This document shows positions 36,440 through 48,251 of a stretch of 64,000 bases of DNA, piece by piece. Position 1 is the stretch's first letter; each line of letters opens with the position of its first letter. The notes beneath the pieces are model-generated. The model was given only the letters and a program-made list of their open reading frames with translations, was not told where the DNA came from and ran no database searches. The position numbers and the translations under genes are program-made. The stretch is from assembly GCA_030295235.1 (NCBI GenBank), contig AP026145.1:806001-870000 (forward strand). The letters are read 5' to 3'. Source of the stretch: Fistulifera solaris (taxonomy: Eukaryota).

Positions 36440-37908
36440 TTAGTCAAACCGCACCTTGGCCTTGCCCATGACGGACCACTCTCGTGGTTGTGACGACATG
36501 GAAGCCAAGCTTTCCCCCAGTCCTTCTTCTCGTGTCGCGGACATGTGACTGTATTGATGATACGAGGAATTTTGCCAGGTAACGAGCCACGCCAGTAGAA
36601 ATATCATACAAATTTGCAGTGTCGCCGATGCCCAAAATACGGCGGGATATTGCCAGTGAAACGGAAGCATCCAATTACATACAAAGGTAATGACGGGGAG
36701 TCCTTGAAACCAGATACAGCCCAAGAAACCCAGTACACCATAAAATTGCTTCAATGATGGCACTTTGGTTTGATAGCCCGTTTGCATACACGATCCCAAA
36801 AACAGCAGACCCAGACCGACACGAGTGATCATCAGTATTTTGCCCGGCAAATGAGAATAACTGTGATACGTATCAAAGTCATCATTGTACGTTCGACCCC
36901 ATTGGGCGAGTCCCATGTGCCATACAATCACCAATCCACTGGCAATGCCGGTCGCATTGAGACGCATCACTCCCGACAATGGCTTGGCGACATCCTGCAG
37001 TAGATGCTGCACCGTACTTCCACTACTCGAAATGACATCCGACGGCAACGTCCATCCATTCCCAATCGATAGCAAAAGAGAACAATCAACGCATCGCAGA
37101 CGGCCTCCAACTGCGTTGCGAGACAATCGAGCGCATAATTGCCATATCCGTTGTAATGATACATTTCCAAATGACCCACTTCACACAAGGAACTCAAACA
37201 ATCCAGTGCCGCTGCCACGGTAATCCACAATGCCGCGGCATGGACGGTGCGTTTGTTTTTCTTCCGGGCGACACGAAACACGACATTGGAGACGAGCCAC
37301 AACAAAATGATGAGGCCCAAAATACAGGACCACTCGTGCACCAATAACAAGTGTCCTTCATCGTACGACATTTGCGTGGTTTTCCGGGCTTTGTCATTTC
37401 CGTAATAATTCCACGTCGTAATTTCGTAATACACGTTGGGGACGGCACCATCTTGTAAATATTGTTCCAAGGAACAGTCATCGACCACAAAATAATAATA
37501 CCGCGGCGTATCAATTTTCATGGCTTCATCGTTCGGATCCGCTATATTAATTGTTTTCACGGCTTGCCATTTGCCACCTTTCGGTGCCAACGGACCGGTT
37601 CCTTTGACCACAAAGGACAAATCGGATGTCGTCATGGCGTATTTGATTTTATCGGTACAAATGGTCGCTTTTTGAAATTTACTCCAGACCGTATCATTGT
37701 AGACACGAAATTTCAGATGTTGATCGTTGGGATACGGATCATCAATGCCCAGACGGACCGTGAGACGTCCTCCTTTCGGGCCGACGACAAAACTCGACAA
37801 GACTTTTTCCGTGTTCACGCCACTGAGTCGAAAATAGCCGCGTGTGCGTTTGGCAGATACGGTCGGGAGCCAGCAAAATAACAGTAAGAATAATCGTAAT
37901 GGCATCAT
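36440..37908 (-). CDS. GPR180/TMEM145-like 7TM membrane protein (frameshift near 37080)
   Basis: Signal peptide, luminal domain with RYYYFVVDDC, QMSYDE, H...YHYNGYG, LLLSIGNGWT and multiple TM helices. Confidence 0.75.
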
Positions 37909-38474
37909 CTTTGGAGAAGAATCGAGTTATATGGAGAAAGGGATTATGATGAATCGGACCGTCACGAGAATAGGGAAAGATCCGCGAAAAAAGTGGGGCA
38001 TACGAATATGAATATGAGCCACAAAGCGGTCATCGGTGCACAGCAAACTCGCCGAAAAAAAGTCATTCGGACAAAACGACGACCCGTGTTTCAAATGTAC
38101 TCTAAGGGTTATATATATAGAAATAAAGATAAGTTTTTATTAATAACGAACTAATACCGGAGCGAATTTTGCCCGAGTGCTAAGGAGGTGATCGCAAATC
38201 CTTAGTTAATATGATCGAGTGACAGTCTAAAGCTAATTTGAATAAGTAAACGGAAGAGGTAGAAGAGACTAATTTCATTGCGCTTGTAAAAAGTAGTCAA
38301 TGAGCGAACCTTGCGAACCAACTCGGCCGAGCCTATTCTTGGCGTCCAATCTTCCGTCTATTCAATATTTTTGATTCAGAAGACAGTCTCGTAATAATAA
38401 GAACACACTTTGCTTTCAGCAATAAGGACATTTTGAACAGTGAGAGATTTGCCCAAAGGCGCAACTGAACTGCC

Positions 38475-38873
38475 CTACTTCCAAAAATGATTCTCCTTTC
38501 GCGACTCTGTTTCTTCCTTCCGTCGCAATTCATTTTCTTGCAAAATTTCTCGGCTCCGCTGTTCAATCTTCTTTAGAAAGGCGGGTTCCGAATGTCGACG
38601 ATTCGGTAGCATGAATCGTTTCTGAGCCTCCATCGCATTGTCGAGATTCTCTTGCCAAGTACTGTTGTGGGCGTTCTCGATCATGGCTTGCAGTTGGGCT
38701 TCTTGGAATGTGCGGGCGCGTTTCGAGTCCCATTCTTCTACAACATAGTTTCTTTTGAAGACTGACCAAGAGATCCAGCCAATGGCGAGGGAACCGATCA
38801 GTGTCCCAGCGACAAAGAGTGGGAATTTCTGTTCGAGGAAGGCTCGTGCGCTGTGCGGATAGCGATGTCTCAT
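38475..38873 (-). CDS. Small single-pass membrane hypothetical protein
   Basis: 132-aa ORF with one hydrophobic segment followed by a helical, charged tail. Confidence 0.5.
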   Translation of the reverse strand: MRHRYPHSARAFLEQKFPLFVAGTLIGSLAIGWISWSVFKRNYVVEEWDSKRARTFQEAQLQAMIENAHNSTWQENLDNAMEAQKRFMLPNRRHSEPAFLKKIEQRSREILQENELRRKEETESRKENHFWK

Positions 38874-39384
38874 CTTGATTGCTTTCAATTCGCCAGAGTA
38901 TTATTCAACCTTCCAGTAGATACTAAAGCTCGTATTTACAACATGATGTATCGCATTGTGTTCATCATTTCCATCGTTGCGTCGTCGCGTGCTCTTTTAT
39001 GCTGACTACGTCGTCGTAGTCGAGGAAGGAGGAAAAAGTGAAAGTGAGTGTTATGGCCGAAAGGAGAAGGTGCTCTAAATCGGAAACAAGCTAAAATAAT
39101 AGATGTTCCGTTAATACTAATACCTTTGTCGGAGCGGCTCTATTTTGTTTTGAGCATAGGATTCGTGATTTGGTCTCGTGATTGATGCCCTGACCATTGG
39201 GTCGACCGCCCGCTCTCGTATTTTATTACGGGTATAATTGGTGGGAAAACGCTCGACTTGTCATGCTATTTACACAATTGATTATAACGATATACTAATT
39301 ACCTTCACTTGAATCAAATAACCGATAAAAAACTTGGCGGAAAGACGGGTTGGGCTAACTCCGAGGATACGCGTTGCCGAAGTT

Positions 39385-40912
39385 ATGAATTCCACTCGAA
39401 AACGAAAATCGCGTTCTCCTCCGAGGGAGCGCGATTCGCATCTGACCCCTGAATCGAAGCAACGCCGGGTCCGAGGTCAAAATGCGGCGGGCAAGGAAGC
39501 ATCTGGCCCTACGTTTGAACAAGCTAGTGCAACGAATTCGTCCCAACGCCGGAGCCTAAGAACTACTACAAAATCAAACGCTGAACCTACGAAAACAGAT
39601 AAAGTACAAGAAAGCACCCCTATTTCGTCCGAAGACAATGATCAGACATCTTCTTCGTCAAAAAGACACAACACAAGGCTACGGAATGGCATACACAAAG
39701 CGCGGCAGAAGGTAAGCCAGCGTTGCGAGATTAATCTCTACGCACTTCGCTTGAAAATTTATCACGAAGCTGTCTTCTCATGGTCTTGCTTTCGTCTTCG
39801 CTTATCTTCTCTTTTGTTACTAAAAAGATCGAAATATACGACAGTCCTAAGGATGAAACGGAAGAGAAAGAGAAAGAGAAAACAGCTCTAATAGATTCAT
39901 GTGCTCGAGAATTAGCGGAGTTGGATAATGACTCTTTTCAAAGAGCTCGCTTTCGCGACGCCAATAAAATCTTTGAGAAACTTCTTTTACCGATGCATTT
40001 TCCTGGAATCATAAAGCACAGCGGAGAGAGCAAGTTCTTCGAGGGCTGCCTTGTGATATTGACGAACTGCTCGCTCATCAAACTCCAGATGATTCCGATA
40101 CTGATGATAATGAGGAGTATGAATTTGGTAAGACTGGCAAAATGATTTGCAATAGATCTCCTCAAGACAAAGGACTAATTGAATTAAGTCATAAACCAAG
40201 CTCCAGAAAGCAGCGTTCGCGTATCAAAACCAGCCTTCGAAATTCGGTGACACGTGTCGACGACGACGTTGCGTTTAGAATGTACCAGGAAGTACAATCG
40301 CGGAAACTACACCGACAGACGAGCGGAGCGAAAGCATCATGCTCTCTTGTGTCAATTCAATGCAATGGTGTCAGCAGTGAAGCATCCATATTCACGGATG
40401 TTCCAGATGGTAAAACACCTGTTTTGCTGCCCGCCATTCAACCTCGCGATGTTGTCAATGGAAAACGAATGTCCGTTACAAAAGCCAAGGAGCTATCAAA
40501 ACAGTTAGGGTCTTATGACTGTCGCTACGGTTTGCCCGATATTTCAAACGAAAGAGAGCAAAGTGGAAGACGGCGGAGAGTGTTTGCGGGGAGAACACGA
40601 ACGATTTGGACCCGAAGAGAGGACGCTCCTGGAAAACCTACTTCGCCTTCGGCGCAGCCTACGTATACCTCTATCATTACAGGAGAGACGTTGCCAGCTG
40701 GGTCACACAAGAGACCATTGCCAGTTAAGGTCGGTCTTAAAGTCAACGGCAAGATCGTGACGGTAGACAAAAATGAAAAGTTTAGCGCCGATTCCCTCGA
40801 CAAAATTGATGAAATTAATAAAGCTCTTGAGAGCGGATCAACTTCGAAGAAATCGAGCAATGCTAAGCAGTCAAACCATCACCAAAATGGCAGTCGTAAA
40901 AGAGCACGCTGA
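39385..40912 (+). CDS. Hypothetical basic nuclear-type protein (intron and/or frameshifts)
   Basis: Successive same-strand ORFs 39385-39891, 39780-40145 and 40142-40912. GTAAG donor near 39711. NLS-like RKRK and RKRAR. Confidence 0.45.
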
Positions 40913-41516
40913 AGGACGTTCATTTTCAATTGGATTTCAACGCCCCTAACTTGTATGCGGCATTTCTCTCTTGTTAGGAGAGAGCGACGGAAAACAAAGT
41001 GTATGAGCTTCTTAGTCCTAAACTCGTGTCATACATTCTCTTGGAATCAGCATACTTCAAATATCTTCTTTTGTAGAAACAGTTGCAGTTTACTTTAGGA
41101 TCCGGAAAAGAATGAGATCACGTTGTTACATTGTTAATAAAACATAGGTACATAGCCGGTTCCGTCCACAGAATCTATTGTATCGCTGACCGATAGCCAA
41201 TTCGCTTCGCATTCTTGGCAACGCTTAGCCTGACTTGGATCCAGATGAAGCATAATTAGGTGCTGGATACAATGCAGTTTGTAAGATAAACAGCCTAGAT
41301 GAATGGGAATCCATACTTGCTAACTCGTGTTTCCATCCATGACTCAAGACTGATTCAGTGATTACGTCATCAGCCCTTTTTCGCGAAAAATGAAAAATCG
41401 CCGCAACAAGAACCACATCATCGATTGGACGCAAAAGGAGAGAATAATAATAGTCCAGGCAAACTGGTGCTCCAGAGTTTCCTGCTTGTATTGCTCGAAT
41501 CAACAAAAGACCAACC

Positions 41517-42356
41517 ATGCGGGTCTTTGTCGCTACTGCCGCTTTGGCGGCTTTGGCAGTCAGTGCTACTGCATTCCAGCCTCACAAATTGTCATCGAGA
41601 AGCCTCTTTGCGCCTTCCACCAGCATCTTGGCTAGTTCGGCTGTTGATAAAACAAATGGTGCCCCCTGCGCCATGCCTGACAATGTGGGAGTGCCCACTG
41701 GAGTCACGGCTAAAACACTGAGATCGGCTGTTCTGACGAACGCCGACGGCGAATCGGTTCGATTGGGTGATAAAATGGGCCCCGGCACGTCGGTCGTGAT
41801 TTTCCTTCGTCACATGGGATGACTTTACTGCTGGAGTTATGCCAAGTCATGGTGTGAACTCCAGCAAAAGGAAGGATCGAAGGATATTGCCGGTCCTATC
41901 TTTGTCAGTATCGGTGACCAGGAAAAGCTCGAACTCTTCTTGGAAAAGAACCCGTACGTTTCGCGTGAGCAGATTTTGGTCGATAACTACAACGATTTTT
42001 CCGCGTACAAAGCGGCTGGATTCGGACGTTTTGATGAACAAGACAAAGAAACGATCAAGGCAGCTAAAGATAACATGGCCTCACCTGACCTGGGCGGGTG
42101 GAAGGGCGCGCTGACTTACCTATCAAGTGTGGGTAAACTATCTCCCATTCCCGCCGACATGAAGTTCGGTCAAATTCCGGAAGGCGTATTGCGCCTTGGT
42201 GGAACCTTTGTTGTTTCTGGAAATGACATTGTGTACCGATGGAGTGATCGACTTCCGGGCGACCACCCTGACATTGAGAAGGTGTGGAGCATTGCGAAGG
42301 AGGCGTCTCAGAAGAAAGGAATCTTTCCCCAGGTCTCAAAAATCTTTGGTCTGTAA
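41517..42356 (+). CDS. Plastid-targeted thioredoxin-fold selenoprotein (AhpC/TSA-2, SelU/SelL/PRXL2-like), UGA 41820-41822 read as Sec
   Basis: ORF 41517-41822 continues in the same frame after TGA (LYCWSYAKSW...) into ORF 41940-42356, giving FLRHMG-U-LY-C and the C-terminal LRLGGTFVV..D...DHP family motif. Presequence SATAF. Confidence 0.88.
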
Positions 42357-42426
42357 TATATTTTGGAAGCAACTAAATGAAGAGTAGCGGTACGGGGTTT
42401 GTATGTGTCGAGGTTCTGAACTGTGC

Positions 42427-42461
42427 ATGACGCTGTGACAATATGGATCGTTACAGCTGAA
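42427..42461 (+). promoter_or_regulatory. Candidate SECIS element
   Basis: ATGAC-GCTGTGAC-AATATGGATC-GTTACAGC-TGAA: an AUGA/GA kink-turn core closes a stem with AA in the apical region, 70 nt after the stop codon. Helix II is shorter than canonical. Confidence 0.55.
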
Positions 42462-42886
42462 GAAACAAAGGAAAATTCGAGGCATACTGTATTCACGGCT
42501 CTTGCTCTAAACTAATTGATGATCAACTTAGCCGCTATTTGTTTCTTGAGTTGCGTTGGGCTGCAAAGGCATGACAAACGAGCTGCAGAAAGCTGATGAA
42601 AATTAGAAGCCTGTTAGCTCTAGTACCGGTAGGATAGTCTGCTCAAGTTGATCCGTTAAATACGGAGTAACTTAGCCTCTAATGAATGAGTGACTATAGC
42701 GACTATAGCTTTTAGTGTAAAACATTGTTCAACGAAGACATCGGACTTTAATTAGGAAACGTAAAGAGCACGCCTGTCGACATCCCTTTTTCTCAGCGAG
42801 CGAGAACACGATTGCAAATGCTTGCAGAGAGCGCTGCTTTGCACAATTTATTCCCCATTTTCTCTTTTTGGTGCACAAGACCAACA

Positions 42887-45056
42887 ATGTGTTCAGTAAG
42901 CGATCAGATATCACACTCTTCACCGCTTCCCGTTTCAGTTCGCACCGTTTTACGCGTGCGGCCGTTTCTGAAGAGAGAGCGCGATGATTCTGAAGTTTTG
43001 AAACCGATCGACACATCGACAGTCGTCATGGGGCCGCAGCCAGCGGTTCAAATGCTCTCGCCCTCCTCTGCTCTTGTGAAGCAAACAATAGACCCTGAGA
43101 ACAATCATGATGAAGACTTCTCGTTTGATCTTGTTCTAAGGTCGACCTCGACACAAGAAGACATGTACTTCGCGTTCGGATCCAATATAGCGCAACAAGC
43201 CATGGAGCCATTAAAGGCTTCAAAGGACCACGACAATATCCGCACTTCCTTGATTATTAGCATGGGGCTTTCCAACTCGGGAAAAACGTTTTCTTGTTGG
43301 GGTGATCATTGTCTGTCTACTCAAAAGCTGCCACAGGACGGCATGTTACCTCGCATTTTGGATTCATTATTTGCTCAGTCAGCGCACTTTGTCGAAAAAA
43401 AGCAAGGGCTTTCTTTTGGAGTCGAAATATCGGTCGTTCAAGTGGGCAACCGTGATGGTGTTATCAAAGATCTGCTCAAGTCGTCGTCTCGCCGCTCGAT
43501 TCGCTCGACAATATCGTCCTTTTCTCGTCAACGGAATGTCGACAGCCCCTTTCCAAGTCACAATTCCGTCATGATTGAACAGGATCCGACGTCACTGGAA
43601 TGTAGGCTGAAAAATCAGCAGCGGAAGCTTTGTCTATCATGGGAAGAAGCAAGACTGGCGTTGAAGAAAGCTGCTAAAATCCGACATGACAACGGGAGAC
43701 CTGGCCACGTGCTAGTACAAGCTCGACCCGTCATGGTGAATCGATCGCACAAAATAGTTGAAAAGGGAGGAATGATAGCCATTTTGGAAATGGAGAGTCT
43801 CGATAACGGAAAGAAAATCAGGGCCGGAAGAATCAAAGATACTATTCCCAACCGGACCGATGCATATGGGTCCGTGATGCAATGCCTTCGGGTGGCTCTC
43901 GACAACCAAAATGACCCCATTAATGCAAAGAACGTACCGTTCGTCCAACACAAAGTAACAACGCTACTGCAGTCCATGTTCTCGCCCGAAAATACTGATT
44001 CCACTGACGTGACTGTGCTCGTGACGGCATATCCTGGAGATCGCGATTACATAGAGAAGAAAAGAGCTCCTCAGGGACATGCAGCTTCTTCGCGAAAAAA
44101 GTCGAACAACTCATGTGATTTCTGGAATGTCTACAAGTAGAAGTACAAAAGTGAGCTCGAAGCTAATGGCGCCTATGAGTGCACTAGTCGGAAACATACT
44201 AGTCGTCTTCGAAAACAAAGCCATGACTTCTCTGACGGGGGCGAAAGAAAAGTTAAAGAGGAAAAGGCCGCCAATGAACGAAATAGTTCTGGAAATTTAC
44301 CATCAAGGGTCCTTGCCACCAAAAGCAAGAATCCTCTTGATGTTAATGTAACGATGAAACGATTCGACATGTCAGTCGAAGATGTTGTACCTCTACCGCC
44401 GCCACCTGTTGCTCCTGGATATCGGCCGAGTTCGGCATTGCTTCATCAACGCCTGTCTGAACCACGAATTTTGTCTCCCCGTCGAATGCCAGTTCGCAAG
44501 GCGTCGGCCCCTGTTGAAGAGACGATATCATTTGCCGAGACACGTCTCACTCTCGCTGATTTCCCAGGGGTGGTAGTCCCTCAGAGTCTCGTGCCAAAGA
44601 AAGAGCTCAAAGAAGAAAAAAGAGGTCGAAGATGATGAGAGTTACATTAACCTGATGGAGGACCACGATGAAGGATATCATGTCGGCCAGCAAGAAAAGG
44701 CGCCAGTCGCCTTTTCGACATCTGATTCGGTGCATCTTTCTGATCGCGCTTTCAAGTTTCGGAACACTTTATTAGAAAAGCGGGTAGAATTTTTGAGCGA
44801 AGAAAACGGTTACCTACGAGCTGAGAATGAGAGTATCAAACGTGAGCTGATGTACTTGAAGCAGGAGCTTGAAAATAGATCTAACGTGGAGTTGCGTTGG
44901 AAAGCGTCAAATAGTATAACAAAGGCGCATGCAGAGGAAACTTGTACGTTTGGCCGTCATAACCAACCCTCTTATTCGAGTTCTTCTGGTTCAGGATCCA
45001 CCCGAAGTCACACGAAAGGGCCCTCCGTCTCCGATATTACCAATAGATACCCCTAA
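42887..45056 (+). CDS. Divergent kinesin-like motor protein with coiled-coil tail (several frameshifts)
   Basis: VLRVRPF, FSFDLV, STQEDMY, P-loop MGLSNSGKT, GMLPRILDSLF and VPF..HKVTTLLQ. Switch motifs are degenerate. Confidence 0.7.
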
Positions 45057-45610
45057 ACAAGTCTTTAGTACAGCTTCTGTGAAACTAGTATCTTCTTAAC
45101 TACGCGCCTTGGCTCATGGCCAAGCCAAATTTGAAACACTTTTGTGCGCAGAATAGAGCACGTAGATAGCTTTGTTTCACGACAAGTTTCACAGTGTCAT
45201 GTGAATCGTTTTCTTGAGTGCGACCCATCTAAGTCGTCGTATCCAATGACATTGCCGACAAAAGAAGAGTTGATGTATGATGCGAAAATGATCATCGATT
45301 ACTGCAATTGTGAGACGCGGATCCACACAAACGAATATCGAGCGACTGCGATAGGTCATTTATAAGCTTTTTGGCCTTTCAAAAGAAGCACATCGGGTCC
45401 GGTGAGGGCAGGAAACGACCCTACTGTGGTTCCGGCTACTTGGAGGGAAATTGCCCTCATTCGAAATTTATTCCAAGCCATTTGCTATTGAAGGTAAAGC
45501 GCCGGAGTTCGTATATTTAATTACACCGTTGCCCGGACCACTAGGAGGAAAAAACTTCATAAGGTGCTTGTCTTCCCATACCGTTTGTCGGATTAGTTGG
45601 AGGTAGAGCG

Positions 45611-48251
45611 TCAGAATTCGTAAATCTGTCTACGCCGTTGGCCGGACCAATAGGAGGAGAAGTCTCGTAAGATGACCTTCCGCTTACACGATTTGTCGAA
45701 CCGGTCGGAGGCAGAGCGCCGGGAATCGCAAATCCTCCTACACCTTTGCCATTTGAATTCTTTCCGATGCCGCTTGCCGAAGCAGTTGGAGCCGAAGCAC
45801 TGGAATTTGCGAACCATTAGCCGGGCCAACGGGAGGCTGAGTAGTGCACTTCAAACATCCTGTTACACTTTCAGTCGTCTCAGTTGAGGACAGGGTACCT
45901 CGTTCAGCGCTGTTAACAATACGAGAATCCTTCATGGACTGGTTCTCGGGTAACGCCTCTTCGGCAGAAAGTTGCGTCTCTGAGTTATTTGCCTTTTTCG
46001 AACCATGCGGTCCACTACCATTGTGAGCCAAGGAAGCAGGCATTAGAGCCGTTTACCGCTACCTCTACGGTTTAACACTTGCGTACCTTTGGATCCGTCG
46101 CCGAATCGTAACGGCCCTCCATCCACTTTGACTCGGCATTTTAAACAATTTCAAAACGTCTTGCAATAGAAGCCCAACACAGTTAAATCCGTCTATCGCA
46201 ATAATTTCGTCTCCAGGTCGAAACAAATTGTAAAATTCAGCGAACCCTGGCCTTCCACTTTTCTCACTATACCCTTCAATTCTACACACGCCTCGTTTTT
46301 CGCCTAGTTTGAGAGCAAAACCTTCCCGAAGAAGAGGTAACAAGAAAGTAAGATAACGTGAGTCCGGTTCCTGATTGGGATAGGTCATCGGAAGATGAAA
46401 AGGTGGCGGTTGCCCCGCAATAACTTTACGCGTTATTCGCATGACCTTTGCCCCAAAACCGTTGGGCGCAACCATGAGATTCATAGTTTTTGAATGTCCT
46501 TCTCACATGGCTCTCCGTCGACATGCGTGATTACATCACCAAGATGAATCAAGTTGCAGACTTCAGCGTATCCTTTGTCCCCCTTTTCACCACGAGAGAA
46601 TTCAACGAACTCTACATTTCCGTGCTTTTCTCCGATCTTCATTCTGAAGCCCTCGGAACATACCGGAAGAATAATCTCTAATGAGATAGACGAGCTTGCG
46701 ACAGAGTTTGTTACCTCAGGGGCGGTGGAGGATGCATCGATATCGTCGACGTCATTATCTTTCTCATTTTCGTCGATCTTGTAGTCAGAATCGGAATCTT
46801 CTTTTGTTGAATCGTCGAGCTCTGGTGGAGTCTCCTTGTACTTCCGCTCGTCGTCATCGTCACCATCGGAATACAAATTAACGTAGTCTTGCATTGAAGC
46901 GGGCGATGCATCCATCATTGGATGATTATTTGGAGGAGGCTTTATTGTCGAAGTCCCGTGGCCGTTTGTCAGCATCGAAAGTTCCTTGTGTGCCGCCTTC
47001 AGATGGTGGAGCTTAACATCCATTCGAGGCTTGGCGACAGGACTTGACGACTGCTCATCAAAATGAAGCCGCATGGCAGGCAGATTGTTGGCATTTTGTT
47101 CAGGCGATCTACGTAATCGCGCAGGAGAGTGGTGTGTGCACAAAGTACAGTACCAGTCACCACGGGGAACGACCTCCAGTGGTGGTTGAAGGCATTTTAA
47201 ATGAAACGCTCGACAACATGAATTGCAAACAATAAGGTGACCTCCGTCTTTGCAAATGCAACACTGGTCCGGTTCTTCACGTCGTTCGTTCCTCAGCAGA
47301 TTGTACGCCTCGCGGTTCGCTGTCTTCCATCTGTAGTATTGCACCAACACCGTTTCCACTGGTCGATTCATCAGTCGAGCAGCTTCCCGAAAATCCTTTC
47401 CATGGCCTATGACGGATTCACGACAAAGGCTGTCAAACTTTTTAGATTCTTCCTGACTAAATTCGACAGACAAACCCGGACGCTGTGCAAATATTCTGTA
47501 AAACATTCGTGTTGCTTTTCCTAAATCATAATTCGCGCAATGTAACGCTTCCAACAGTACCATTCTTATGTTGAAGTCGCGTGATTGATTGAGATATTGC
47601 TCTGCGGGAAAACGACGTTCCATGAAGTAAACCCGTCAGACGATGGGATGTGAATCGAACGACTATTACGCACAAGCGAATGAGTTCTCACCGAGTTCGT
47701 GTGCCGGTAGTGCCGCAGCTCTCTGTGGATCCCAGATTTGATCAGTACCTAGATGGGCTAAAGGAGGCTCCTCATTTTCAGTGCTCGAACGGACATCTGC
47801 TTGATACATGGCACCAATTCGAATCGACTTTCTTTCCTCCTCGTTTGCCGACGACTCCTGTTTCGCAGACTCCCTTTCTCCCTCTCCTTGATCGTTTCCG
47901 TCTTTCAAACTTAGCATCAATTTCGTCTTGTACAGCTGCTGCTGGGATCTCCGTTATATCGCAATCAGTGAGACGCATTTCCTCCAAGCGTTTCTTTATC
48001 GAAAGATCTTTCGATACCAAATTTGTTGCCGATGGCAATGACACATCGATGAAAACTTCGTCAAAGCCTGATTTGAGCGGAAGTTGCTCTTTTCTTTCTT
48101 CTACTTTTTCGTCCACTTCTGGTGCATGTGCTGCAGGAGACAGCGCTGCACATTCTCGGTCTTCGAGGCGCCGATTTTCATTAACAGTGGTATCGTAAGC
48201 CACATCCGAAACAAGTCGCCGGGGCGAGCGTCGGTTCGTAGCACCGTTCAT
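45611..48251 (-). CDS. Chromatin protein with ELM2-SANT, PHD finger and two PDZ-like domains (3' end uncertain; frameshifts and an intron)
   Basis: IRIGAMYQADV..QIWDP (ELM2). GKDFREAARLM..VLVQYYRWK (SANT). CCICKDGGHLIVCNSCCRAFHLKCLQPPL..GDWYCTLC (PHD). GDVITHVDG and GDEIIAIDG (PDZ). Confidence 0.72.
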
